DNA of 43,553 nucleotides from Myxococcota bacterium (GCA_040260805.1 JBDQPD010000016.1:1-43553); one strand, 5' to 3'; shown: positions 29,348 through 38,664, counted from the first letter of the stretch. Notes: generated by a model not told the origin, from the letters alone. Translations and numbers: made by a program.

Positions 29348-30651
29348 CAATCCACTTTCCATTGAACAACTTCTTCGGTGTGACCACCGAGACGCTGAGC
29401 TTGCTGAGCGAAGACTTTGGCGAGCGCCGGATTGTCCGCCCCATTGTAGATTCTAGACAGCAGTAAGGGCCCGAGGTGATCGTCTGGGTGACGCTCGGTA
29501 AAATCTTGCAAGCCCGCCAAAGCACTGGTCATCGCCGCGCCTGGGTCGGTCCCGCGCGGGTCGTTTGCGGCGAGGTAATCCATCAGCACTGAGCGTTGGT
29601 CTGACGAGACGTCGAGTCGGTCAGCCATCGTCTCTGCATCGGTCAGCAAGCGGCTATCAATCGCATCGAGAAAGAGCGCAACCGTCGCATCTGTTTGCCC
29701 GAGTCCGGGGCCTTCATCCGTCAATGATTGCGCATCGAATGGAGCCGCTTCTTCCTCGACGATGGGTGGCGCCTCGCCGGTCGGCGCTCGCTCAAATCCC
29801 TCGGTGCTCACCTGAGTGCGCGGCATTTCGTCTGGGGTGATCGGTGGTGAGATCCCGGTCGGTACCCGTTCGAAACCATCGCCGCCAGTGCGCATACCTC
29901 CCATCATCGATGGGGGTCGAATTCGCTCTACAGGCGGAGCGTTCGGCGCCTCGCTCGGTGCCGCGACCTCTTCGGACTGCTCGGCCTCGCACAACATTTC
30001 ACAGCCTAGCAGGGTCAAGAAGGTCGCATAGGCGACCACAGTTTCCGAGCCGCCGACCAAGCCGTTGAGTACCGACTGCAGAACCTTCGGTTTGGTAAAT
30101 TCTTTGGCGACGCTCAGGGCTTCTTTGTCCAGTTGAAGACCGGCCACGGGAATTTTGGGGTTGCGACTCAGTCGGTAGCAGCGCGCTAAATAAGGCTCCA
30201 GCGCACTGCGCAGTGCTTCGGGGGGCTGTAAACGAAAAGCGATGTAGGGCAGCGCAAGCGCTTCGACCCCTAAACCCGCAGTGCTTTGTGGCGCGAGATC
30301 GCTAAAATCAGCGCGCGTCGCATCCATGCACAGGAGCCGGCCGACACCGTGCAGAGCATGCTTTCGCCGCAGGCTGAGCAGCTCATCGCTGCCTCCCACA
30401 AGCTCCGCTAACACTTGATCCGTCTCTCGACCGCTCGACTTGAACGAACGCAAAACCGCCAGGTTCGAATCCGAGAGGGCGCTGATGTCATGCAAAAAAC
30501 TGAGGAGGTCACCATCGAGCTCGGGAGGGTCAAAAGACACCAAATCCCCGCCTCGAAAGCCGAGTTGCCAAGCGTTGCCCTCGACCTGCACACGCCACTG
30601 GCCGGTGACGCTGGGGCTGGCAAAGGCATAATAATCCGCTATCAGTTGCAC
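29347..30651 (-). CDS. Hypothetical protein, DUF4388-like N-terminus, Pro/Thr linker and TPR-like C-terminus
   Basis: Likely GTG start at 30651 with upstream GAGG. TGQWRV...LGFRGGDLV resembles DUF4388. The longer ORF start overlaps the divergent PP2C gene and was discounted. Confidence 0.65.
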   Translation of the reverse strand: MQLIADYYAFASPSVTGQWRVQVEGNAWQLGFRGGDLVSFDPPELDGDLLSFLHDISALSDSNLAVLRSFKSSGRETDQVLAELVGGSDELLSLRRKHALHGVGRLLCMDATRADFSDLAPQSTAGLGVEALALPYIAFRLQPPEALRSALEPYLARCYRLSRNPKIPVAGLQLDKEALSVAKEFTKPKVLQSVLNGLVGGSETVVAYATFLTLLGCEMLCEAEQSEEVAAPSEAPNAPPVERIRPPSMMGGMRTGGDGFERVPTGISPPITPDEMPRTQVSTEGFERAPTGEAPPIVEEEAAPFDAQSLTDEGPGLGQTDATVALFLDAIDSRLLTDAETMADRLDVSSDQRSVLMDYLAANDPRGTDPGAAMTSALAGLQDFTERHPDDHLGPLLLSRIYNGADNPALAKVFAQQAQRLGGHTEEVVQWKVD

Positions 30652-30723
30652 AGCAGACCTCGAATTGTACTCCAACTGGTTATATCGGAGGGACGAGTCG
30701 AGCAAAAATAACATGGAGGCTTT

Positions 30724-32121
30724 GTGGTCCAAATCCTTGCTCATGGAGCGACAGACGTCGGGCGAAAGCGTGATCATAACGAGGATCGCGTCGTATGCGA
30801 TGCTCAACTTGGCCTCTACGTGGTTTGTGATGGCATGGGTGGCCATGCCGCCGGTGAGGTGGCCGCAGAGATGGTCTGCGATGCCTTGATTAAAGCGATC
30901 ACGGAGGCACGTTCGGGCGAAGTGCTTGATCACCCGGAGCGTGAGAGCGAGCGGTTAGGCGATGCTCTTGAGCAAGCCATGCTGGCCGCGAATAAAGAAG
31001 TTCACGATTACGGACAGAGTAAAGGACACGCCCGAGGCATGGGCACGACGGCCACCGCGGTCGTGGTGCATCAAAGCTATGCGACGGTCTGCCATATTGG
31101 AGATTCGCGCTGCTATCTCGTGCGCGACAACCGACTCTATCAACTTTCGGATGACCACAGCTGGGTGGCCGAGATGGTTCGACTAGGCCGAATGACCGAA
31201 GCCGAAGCTCAGCGCAGCCCTCAGCGTAACTTGCTGGTGCGTTCCGTGGGGACTCAGCCGGTTGTTAAGGTTGACCGTTTGCCGATTGAGTTAGTGGGCG
31301 GCGACTCCATGCTGATCTGCTCGGATGGTCTGCATTCATACTTCGCGACGCCGAGCGAGCTGGTCGAAACGGTCGGCCGCGGCGATGTTGAACAGCTTCC
31401 GCGCGATCTCGTCTCACTCGCCTGCAGTCGCGGCGGCCACGACAACATCTCCGCAGTGGTCCTGCGGATGGTGGCCGATGATGAAGAAGCCCTTGATGCT
31501 CGTGATGCGAAGCAAGAACTCGCTCTGCTTGGGCAGCTGGATTTGTTCGCTCAGTTTGAGCTGGCTGAGCTGGTGCGGATCCGCGGCGCGTCGTCATCGA
31601 TTAGCTTTGATGACGGAGAATATGTGACCCGGATCGGAGATGTGGGCGATGCGCTCTACGTTCTGGTTCACGGTAAAGCTGTGGTCACCGCCCAGGAGGA
31701 GGTCCTGACGACGCTTCAGCCGGGTTCCCATGTCGGTGAGATGGCGATGGTGGACGCTCAGCCTAGGTCGGCTTCGGTCATCTCAATGGGTGAGAGTCGT
31801 TGGTTGCGCGTTGCGCGCCAGGACATTTTTCGGATCGTGCGCCAGCATCCCGAGCTTGCTGTCAAGCTGCTGTGGAACTTGGTGCGCGTGCTCTCCGACC
31901 GTTTGCGTCGAACCAACGCCTCCCTCTCAAGTCGGGGCGAGCAGTTGCGCGATTTGATGCGCCAACTTGATGGCATCGAGGTGGCGGTGGACGAGCCGAT
32001 CCTCGAGGACCCTGATGGTTTGATCATGGTCGATGAGGACTCCCAAAGTGGCACTCATGTCCAAATTGAGCGCACCGAAGGTGGCAGCATCGATATTCTT
32101 TTGGACATCACAAAGGGATAG
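30724..32121 (+). CDS. PP2C-family Ser/Thr phosphatase fused to a cyclic-nucleotide-binding domain
   Basis: PP2C motifs TDVGRKRDHNED, CDGMGGH, GMGTT, HIGDSR, CSDGL and GGHDNI. cNMP phosphate-binding cassette GEMAMVDAQPRSASV. Confidence 0.95.
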   Translation: MVQILAHGATDVGRKRDHNEDRVVCDAQLGLYVVCDGMGGHAAGEVAAEMVCDALIKAITEARSGEVLDHPERESERLGDALEQAMLAANKEVHDYGQSKGHARGMGTTATAVVVHQSYATVCHIGDSRCYLVRDNRLYQLSDDHSWVAEMVRLGRMTEAEAQRSPQRNLLVRSVGTQPVVKVDRLPIELVGGDSMLICSDGLHSYFATPSELVETVGRGDVEQLPRDLVSLACSRGGHDNISAVVLRMVADDEEALDARDAKQELALLGQLDLFAQFELAELVRIRGASSSISFDDGEYVTRIGDVGDALYVLVHGKAVVTAQEEVLTTLQPGSHVGEMAMVDAQPRSASVISMGESRWLRVARQDIFRIVRQHPELAVKLLWNLVRVLSDRLRRTNASLSSRGEQLRDLMRQLDGIEVAVDEPILEDPDGLIMVDEDSQSGTHVQIERTEGGSIDILLDITKG

Positions 32122-33026
32122 TGGCTCTGGACGATTTCGGCGAAAAAACACGGATCTCTCGATCCAGCTCGAACCTCGCTGCTGTCAGCGGTGGCGGGCA
32201 GGTCTGTTTGGTACAGATCCATGGCCCCGAGATGGGCAGACTCTACGATATTGGTCCCGCCGGCGCTGAAATGGGACGAGGCGATGGAGCCCAGATCAGT
32301 ATCGCTAGTGACACGGTGAGCCGTCGCCATGCGAAACTGGTGTGGCTAGGCGATACGCTGACGGTCAACGATTTGGGTTCACTCAATGGCACCTATCTTG
32401 ATGATCGAAGAGTGGAGTCGCCAACGCCCGTTCACCCGGGGCAGATGCTCCGGCTGGGTTCGGTGATCTACAAGACGCTTCAAGGCGCAGATCTCGAGCG
32501 GCGCTACCACGAAGAAATTTATCGCATGGCGATTTTTGATGGCCTGACGAACATCCACAACAAACGCTTCTTCATGGAGTTTTTGGAGCGTGAGCATCAA
32601 CGTGCGGTGCGACACAATCGCCCGCTGTCTTTGTTGATGCTCGATGTCGATCATTTCAAGCAGGCCAACGATACGCACGGCCACATCAACGGCGATCGTT
32701 TGCTGAGACAGGTCGCAAGCCGTATGCGTGGTTTCGTCCGACGTGATGAGTGCTTTGCGCGCTACGGTGGCGAAGAGTTTGGTATGATCCTTCCAGAGAC
32801 AGGCTTGGATGGCGCAGCCGCCCTCGCCGAGAAGGTGCGTAGGGTGATCGGTGATACGCCGATGGAGCTCCAAGATGGCACCGCGCTGACAATCACCATT
32901 AGCATCGGCGCTGCTGAGTTAGTGCCTACCGATACCGTGTTTGCGTTGATCGGTCGCGCTGACGAAGCGCTCTATGCTGCCAAGACCAACGGGCGTGATC
33001 GAGTCGAACTCGCCAGCGCGACATGA
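32121..33026 (+). CDS. FHA-domain diguanylate cyclase
   Basis: FHA motifs MGRG, VSRRHA and DLGSLNGT. GGDEF domain motifs DGLT, LDVDHFK..ND.HGH..GD and RYGGEEF. Start overlaps the PP2C stop. Confidence 0.95.
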   Translation: MALDDFGEKTRISRSSSNLAAVSGGGQVCLVQIHGPEMGRLYDIGPAGAEMGRGDGAQISIASDTVSRRHAKLVWLGDTLTVNDLGSLNGTYLDDRRVESPTPVHPGQMLRLGSVIYKTLQGADLERRYHEEIYRMAIFDGLTNIHNKRFFMEFLEREHQRAVRHNRPLSLLMLDVDHFKQANDTHGHINGDRLLRQVASRMRGFVRRDECFARYGGEEFGMILPETGLDGAAALAEKVRRVIGDTPMELQDGTALTITISIGAAELVPTDTVFALIGRADEALYAAKTNGRDRVELASAT

Positions 33027-33135
33027 CAGCCGGTGTGCTTTGCGACTAAATGGTCGCGCTCGGTCATTTGCCGGAAACCGGGCAACCCTTAAGGGCACCA
33101 GACGATAAGGCAGATGATAAGCTCGGAGAACAGCC

Positions 33136-36100
33136 ATGCCTCGCATTAAAAACGGACCCCCAGCCCCGCCGCCGATCAAAGACGAACGGACGGTTGAGAC
33201 TCGGGCGGACAAGAGCACCCGTGACAAGGCAGCCTTCGACAATGGGCGGGTTCGTTACGACTGGGATAACTACACCGATGCGCAGGGTGACCATAAGGGC
33301 AAGATCGGTCTTGGCCATGATGATGGTACGAACGATGTCTACGGTAAGCTGGAGTTCAACGAAGACACCGGGCACCTCAAAGGGAGCCTGAGGGGTGAGC
33401 GTCATCTCAATGAGAACGTCGATGTGCGCGGCACGTACGGTCGTTATGATGACGGCGATCAGTTCGGAGAGGTCGGCGCAACGCTCAAGAAGCGCGGAGC
33501 CCGGCTGGACGTCGACTTCGGCGCCAACGAGCGGACCAATCGTCGGTTTGGTAAGGTCAAAGGGCGTTACAAAGTGGGTGACAATACCACCTTGCGCGGC
33601 GCCTTTAACCGCTCGATCAAGAACACCAAAAAGAACGGTGACGTGACCACGGACACCTGGAAGCTTGGTGCTCGCCATCGTCTGGGGACCGGGCACCATG
33701 TCGACGGAGAGTTTGGGCGAAGCACCACCTTGGGTCGCTACGGTCGCGGCGAATGGCTCCGCAAGCATTCGACGGGTGAGGTTCGTGACCGCTTGAATGT
33801 GGAGCATTCCGAGAAAAAGGGCTTCAAAGCCTCCTATGATGGTCATCAGGAGTTGGATGATGGCTACCTCAAAGAGAAGCTCCGCTATGCCGACGGAAAC
33901 CTGAAAGCCGAGGTCAAAGGTCGCCAGGAAACTGAAGCCGGCTACCGCAAGGGTGTGAGTCATTTGGACCGCCGTGAAGACGGTCGCTGGAGCGGTGACG
34001 TTGGCGGCGAGATCAAGGACGGGAAAAATCTCGTCGGTGGTCGTGTGCGCAAAGATCTCTCGGGGACCAAGAAGGTCAAGGGCGTCTACGGTCGCGAGAT
34101 CAACAGCACCCTGGATGCCAAGGTGACCGCGAATGCGGACAGCAAAGGTCGTTGGGATCTGACCGGCGAGACGGCGAAGCGCTTTGAAAATGATTACAAG
34201 CTGAACAACAAGTTTAGGATCGATTCGAAAGGTAAGCGGTCGTACACGCACCGTTTGACCAAATCGTTCCCGTCTGATCGAGCCCGTATTGCCGGCGAGT
34301 TTAGTCATGACTCAGAGGGTATGCGAAAGTTTGTGATCGATGGTGGGATCACCTCGAGCAAAGGGCGGCGCCACGAGGCAGATGCCATGTTCATGGAAGA
34401 CGCTGACGGGGTCCGCTCGGGTAAAGTGGGATACGACTTCAATGACCGTCGCGGGTTTAAAGCCGGCGCTGACATCGGTTACCGCGGCGATGAGCGGACG
34501 ATCGGTGTCGATTTAGAGCGCGAGCATGAGAACCGAAGAGGCTCGGAACGCCTTGGCGCTGACTGGTCGAGTAAGCACGGCCTTGAGGCGAAAGGTTCGG
34601 TCGTACGTAAGCTCGATGACGACACGACGGTGTCGGCAAGCGTTGGTCGCAACATGAGCACTGGCGAGGTCAAAGCTGAAGGCGCCTACACGACGATGCT
34701 CGGCGAAGACAATGACATCAACCTGACCCTAGGTGCGCGCGGGTCATCCAAGGATGATCTTCGGGGAATGAGCGTCGGCACGAGTCGGCGCGTCACGGAT
34801 GACAAACACGGGTTTGGGCTCGCGGGAGCGTACGCAACCGACGTGAAGAAGGAGAGTTTGGACCTCGGCGGACGCCTGAGCTCGAAGTCTTTGTTCGGTT
34901 TGGGTGAAACCTCGAAAGCGGGCTTTGGCGGCGGCGTTGAAGTCACCAAACGCGCCAAAGTTGGTGAAGAGCGTGGCGCCATTGGAACGCTCCGCAAAGA
35001 AGTGCTTGAGAGCCAGGGTGAGGACGCCGCTTTTGTTCGCTACGGAATGAAGACCGACGCGAAAGCTGATGTCGGCGTGAAAATTCCAGTCGGTGTGGGG
35101 TACGTCGATACCGGTTACAAGCGCGGCTCATCCTACGAGGTGGAATGGACTCGCCTTGAGACCGATCCCAAGATCGGCACTCGTCCAGACCTCTCCGACC
35201 TTGACGTTCCAGGTGACGCTGAAGGCTTGATCGCCATGAACGCTGGTGAGAGCTTTGCCATCAAAGGTTCGTCGTCTCACGCTGTGCGTGGTGGCGCAGG
35301 TTTAGGGACCAGCGTCGGAGCTTCGAGCATCGGTGATGTGGGGCTACGAGCTGGCGGTAAGATGACCTATGCCATCAAGGGCAACACGCGCACCGAAGTG
35401 ACCCGTGGCGGCGACAACAGCGCTCGCATGGTGGTCAAAGCGACGGATTACAAAACCAAGGGCGCAGGGATTGAGGTGTTTGCAGGTCTGAACCCGAACT
35501 TGCCCAACGTTGAGGGGCTGGGTCCTGTTGGCGATGTCGCCACCGGGTTAGCTACTGGTATGATCAAAAAATGGGTCAGCGTCGGCGCCTCGAAAACGAA
35601 TGAAAAGACCACCGGCGACGAGCGCTTGCTCGATGCCCGCATCGATTTGAACCACGACGAGGCTAAAGCAGCCTATGCGACGGCAATGAAGGGCGACTGG
35701 TCGGATCTCGAAGCGTTGAGTGAAGCAGGGCATCCGGGCGTTCAGATCGATAAGTCGATCATCACAGAGATCAAGGCTGAGACGAAGAAGCTCGAGGTCT
35801 CTGGCTTTGGAATGAGCTACGATAAAGCGGGCGGCGAAACGCTCAAGAGCAGCGACGTAACCGATAAGGGTCGCACCTTCCAAGTGGACAGTGATCTCGA
35901 CACCAACGCCGTCAAGAAAGACGGTTGGTTCGTCGATAAGGATTTCCAAGTCCATGACTTCAGCCGAGACATTGAGGCGACAGATGGCGAGTCGCTCGGG
36001 CGGCGAAAAGCTGAAGAGCGTTGGTTGGGTTGGTCGAACGCTAAGACCGACAGCTTTACCTCGAAAGAAGAGGTTCAAGAGCAGCTCGCTTTAGCGCGCT

Positions 36101-36717
36101 TTGTAGCAGGTGATGACCTGCCCTCCGAGATGGGCGCGTACGAGAAGAAGATCGGTAAGCTCAAATCCAAGCGTAAGCTTTGGGTCGGACCGCGTAACGA
36201 ACTCAAGAAGACTGAGGTCGAGACGCAGGTGATGATCTCCGACACGGGTCTGGATCGTTTGTCGGGTAAGACTGCCGATGAGATTTGGTCGGCGATGAGC
36301 AAGGCTCAGACCGCGCTAAACGGTGACCGTCCGTCGCCGGACTGGACGGATACTGACAAACGCAACGCTCTGGCAGCTGGAGTATCGGGTTTCAACCCGC
36401 ACACACGACGTCGAACCGACGAGCTGTTTGAAAAGCGCTCCTACGGCAGAGCGCAAGATTTTGTGACCCGTTTGACCGCTGCTGCTCAGTTGCCTGAGGC
36501 GCAGCGTAACGACGCGATCCGACAGGCTTTAGCGGACCGACCTCGGGATTCAGTCGCGATCGCCACCATGGTCGAGTTGCTCGGTCGTGATGTGGTCGAC
36601 TTGAAGGTTAGTGTGGATTCCAACGCCGGCAAAAAGGGTTCGGAATACGACTTTGATTTCAAGTCGCGCGGCGAAGCATACGACGTTCAAAAGACCGTCT
36701 TTGGTTCGAATCTTTAG
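33136..36717 (+). CDS. Large hypothetical beta-strand-rich protein (1193 aa), no signal peptide
   Basis: Uninterrupted ORF with GGAG SD. Gly/Lys/Arg/Asp-rich alternating strands. No family recognised. Confidence 0.85.
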   Translation: MPRIKNGPPAPPPIKDERTVETRADKSTRDKAAFDNGRVRYDWDNYTDAQGDHKGKIGLGHDDGTNDVYGKLEFNEDTGHLKGSLRGERHLNENVDVRGTYGRYDDGDQFGEVGATLKKRGARLDVDFGANERTNRRFGKVKGRYKVGDNTTLRGAFNRSIKNTKKNGDVTTDTWKLGARHRLGTGHHVDGEFGRSTTLGRYGRGEWLRKHSTGEVRDRLNVEHSEKKGFKASYDGHQELDDGYLKEKLRYADGNLKAEVKGRQETEAGYRKGVSHLDRREDGRWSGDVGGEIKDGKNLVGGRVRKDLSGTKKVKGVYGREINSTLDAKVTANADSKGRWDLTGETAKRFENDYKLNNKFRIDSKGKRSYTHRLTKSFPSDRARIAGEFSHDSEGMRKFVIDGGITSSKGRRHEADAMFMEDADGVRSGKVGYDFNDRRGFKAGADIGYRGDERTIGVDLEREHENRRGSERLGADWSSKHGLEAKGSVVRKLDDDTTVSASVGRNMSTGEVKAEGAYTTMLGEDNDINLTLGARGSSKDDLRGMSVGTSRRVTDDKHGFGLAGAYATDVKKESLDLGGRLSSKSLFGLGETSKAGFGGGVEVTKRAKVGEERGAIGTLRKEVLESQGEDAAFVRYGMKTDAKADVGVKIPVGVGYVDTGYKRGSSYEVEWTRLETDPKIGTRPDLSDLDVPGDAEGLIAMNAGESFAIKGSSSHAVRGGAGLGTSVGASSIGDVGLRAGGKMTYAIKGNTRTEVTRGGDNSARMVVKATDYKTKGAGIEVFAGLNPNLPNVEGLGPVGDVATGLATGMIKKWVSVGASKTNEKTTGDERLLDARIDLNHDEAKAAYATAMKGDWSDLEALSEAGHPGVQIDKSIITEIKAETKKLEVSGFGMSYDKAGGETLKSSDVTDKGRTFQVDSDLDTNAVKKDGWFVDKDFQVHDFSRDIEATDGESLGRRKAEERWLGWSNAKTDSFTSKEEVQEQLALARFVAGDDLPSEMGAYEKKIGKLKSKRKLWVGPRNELKKTEVETQVMISDTGLDRLSGKTADEIWSAMSKAQTALNGDRPSPDWTDTDKRNALAAGVSGFNPHTRRRTDELFEKRSYGRAQDFVTRLTAAAQLPEAQRNDAIRQALADRPRDSVAIATMVELLGRDVVDLKVSVDSNAGKKGSEYDFDFKSRGEAYDVQKTVFGSNL

Positions 36718-36797
36718 CTTCGAAGCCTCAGCGAGCATACGCCGCATCTTGCCTTTCCAAGCCTGACTCGGCCAGAACCGCGTAGCGGGGAGGCATC

Positions 36798-37799
36798 ATG
36801 CGGCTTTTGATCACCGGCGCAGCTGGGTTTATTGGTAGTAACTTTGTTCATTTGCTTCAGCGCGAGCGCCCCGATTGGTCGCTTACGGTCCTCGATCTTC
36901 TAACCTATGCAGGTCACGCAGCGAACCTCGAGCCTCATCTAGGCGATGGTTCCGTTGAGTTGATCTTGGGCGACGTCGCTGACCCTGACTGTGTTGCTCA
37001 AGCTGTTCAGGCTTCGGACGCCGTCGTCCATTTCGCCGCAGAATCCCATGTGGATCGATCGATTTTAGGCTCGGCTGCTTTTGTTCGCACCAACGTGGTG
37101 GGCACGCACACCTTGCTCGAGGCGGTTCGCCACGCCGAGGTTCCGATGGTCCTGGTCTCGACCGATGAGGTCTACGGTGACTTGGGTCCTGATGACCCTG
37201 CCTTTACAGAGCTGCATCCCATCTGTCCCTCGAGTCCGTACAGCGCATCGAAGGCTGGAGCCGACCATCTGGCGCATTCCTTTGTGCGGACTTTTGGTAC
37301 TGATATTCGGATCACACGCTGTTCGAACAACTATGGCCCGCGGCAATTTCCGGAGAAATTGATCCCCTTGATGATCGGTAAGATCACGCGCGGCGAAGGG
37401 TGCCCGGTTTATGGTGATGGACAACAGATTCGAGATTGGATTCATGTTGATGATCACAACCGAGGCGTGCTCGCTGTGCTCGAGTCTGGGCAAACAGGCG
37501 AGGTTTATAATCTCGGGGGAGACAACGAACTGAGCAACCTTCAAGTGCTCAAAGATCTAGGTCTGGCGATCGGCCGCGAACCGGTCCTTGAGTTTGTGGT
37601 TGATCGCCCCGGTCACGATCGCCGCTACGCCATGAACTGCGCCAAGGTTGAGGCAGAACTCGGATGGAAAGCTGAGGTTTCATGGCAGGCTGGATTGGCG
37701 CAAACCGTCGCCTGGTATGCCGAACAAAAGGACTGGCTTGAGAGCATCCGAAGCGGTGCCTACCAAGACTATCTTCAGGCCAACTACGGGGCTCGATAA
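36798..37799 (+). CDS. rfbB: dTDP-glucose 4,6-dehydratase
   Basis: TGAAGFIGSNF, HFAAESHVDRSI, STDEVYG, PYSASK, RCSNNYGP.QFPEKLIP and DRPGHDRRYA motifs. Confidence 0.97.
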   Translation: MRLLITGAAGFIGSNFVHLLQRERPDWSLTVLDLLTYAGHAANLEPHLGDGSVELILGDVADPDCVAQAVQASDAVVHFAAESHVDRSILGSAAFVRTNVVGTHTLLEAVRHAEVPMVLVSTDEVYGDLGPDDPAFTELHPICPSSPYSASKAGADHLAHSFVRTFGTDIRITRCSNNYGPRQFPEKLIPLMIGKITRGEGCPVYGDGQQIRDWIHVDDHNRGVLAVLESGQTGEVYNLGGDNELSNLQVLKDLGLAIGREPVLEFVVDRPGHDRRYAMNCAKVEAELGWKAEVSWQAGLAQTVAWYAEQKDWLESIRSGAYQDYLQANYGAR

Positions 37800-38659
37800 T
37801 GCCAGGAATTTTACTGCTCGGTGGCTCTGGACGTCTGGGTTCGGCGATATCGAATGTGTTGGATGGGGTGGACGCCCCGAGCTCCGCGGAACTGGATCTG
37901 CGTGATGAGGACGCGTTGGCGCGCCGAATTGATGAGCTTGAACCGACCGGGATCATCAACTGTGCGGGCTTGACCGATGTGGATGGATGCGACCGAGACC
38001 CGCAGGCTGCCGATGAGCTCAACGGCTATGCGCCTGGACGCCTTGCTCATCGAGCTCGGCAAGCCGGGGTGCCTTTGATCCATATTTCGACGGACTACGT
38101 CTTCTCGGGTGATGATGAAGGCGTGCTCGCTGAAGATGCCGAGCTCGCGCCGATCAATCGTTATGGACAAAGCAAAGCACGCGGCGAGGGGTTGGTGCTC
38201 GACAGCGGGGCGCAGGCACTCGTTGCGCGAGTCCAGTGGTTGTTTGGTGGACCTAAGGGCGATTTTGTTCGCTTTGTTCGGGCGCGTTTGCTCGCTGGTG
38301 AAGAGGTCCCGGTGGTCCGTGATCAAATCGGTGTACCCAGCTTTACCACTGATTTAGCCGTCCAAATCGAGGCGGTGATTCATGCTCAGGTGGTCGGATT
38401 AATTCACCTCGGCAATACCGGCGAGGTCTCGCGTCAAGATCAGGCTCGACAGATCGCATCTGATCTGGACCAAAAGGGCGAATTTCGTGAGGTGACTTGG
38501 GCCGAACTGGGGCGGTCAGCACCACGGCCTAGGCGAAGTGTTCTGGACACTAGCCGCATACGAGATTTAGGGGCTTCGTTGCCTGGGGGCGCTAAGTTGA
38601 TAATCTCTGACTGGCACCAGGCTCAAGTTAGATACCTTGCAGAGCTGGTTCAGGAGTAA
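37799..38659 (+). CDS. rfbD: dTDP-4-dehydrorhamnose reductase
   Basis: GGSGRLG, NCAGLTDVD, HISTDYVF, YGQSKARGE, DQIGVPS and APRPRRSVLD motifs. Confidence 0.93.
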   Translation: MPGILLLGGSGRLGSAISNVLDGVDAPSSAELDLRDEDALARRIDELEPTGIINCAGLTDVDGCDRDPQAADELNGYAPGRLAHRARQAGVPLIHISTDYVFSGDDEGVLAEDAELAPINRYGQSKARGEGLVLDSGAQALVARVQWLFGGPKGDFVRFVRARLLAGEEVPVVRDQIGVPSFTTDLAVQIEAVIHAQVVGLIHLGNTGEVSRQDQARQIASDLDQKGEFREVTWAELGRSAPRPRRSVLDTSRIRDLGASLPGGAKLIISDWHQAQVRYLAELVQE

Positions 38660-38664
38660 TTTAG

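Noticed and set aside
30652..30933. N-terminal extension of the 528-aa minus-strand ORF
   Set aside because: It overlaps the well-supported PP2C gene on the other strand. A GTG with SD at 30651 is more plausible.
32640..32700. Possible Hypr (cGAMP-forming) GGDEF
   Set aside because: The base-specificity position in ND.HGH..GD is Asp, as in ordinary c-di-GMP cyclases, not Ser.
33064..34308. 414-aa hydrophobic antisense ORF over the giant beta protein
   Set aside because: Mirror of Lys/Asp/Glu codons. The plus-strand ORF is longer and has an SD.
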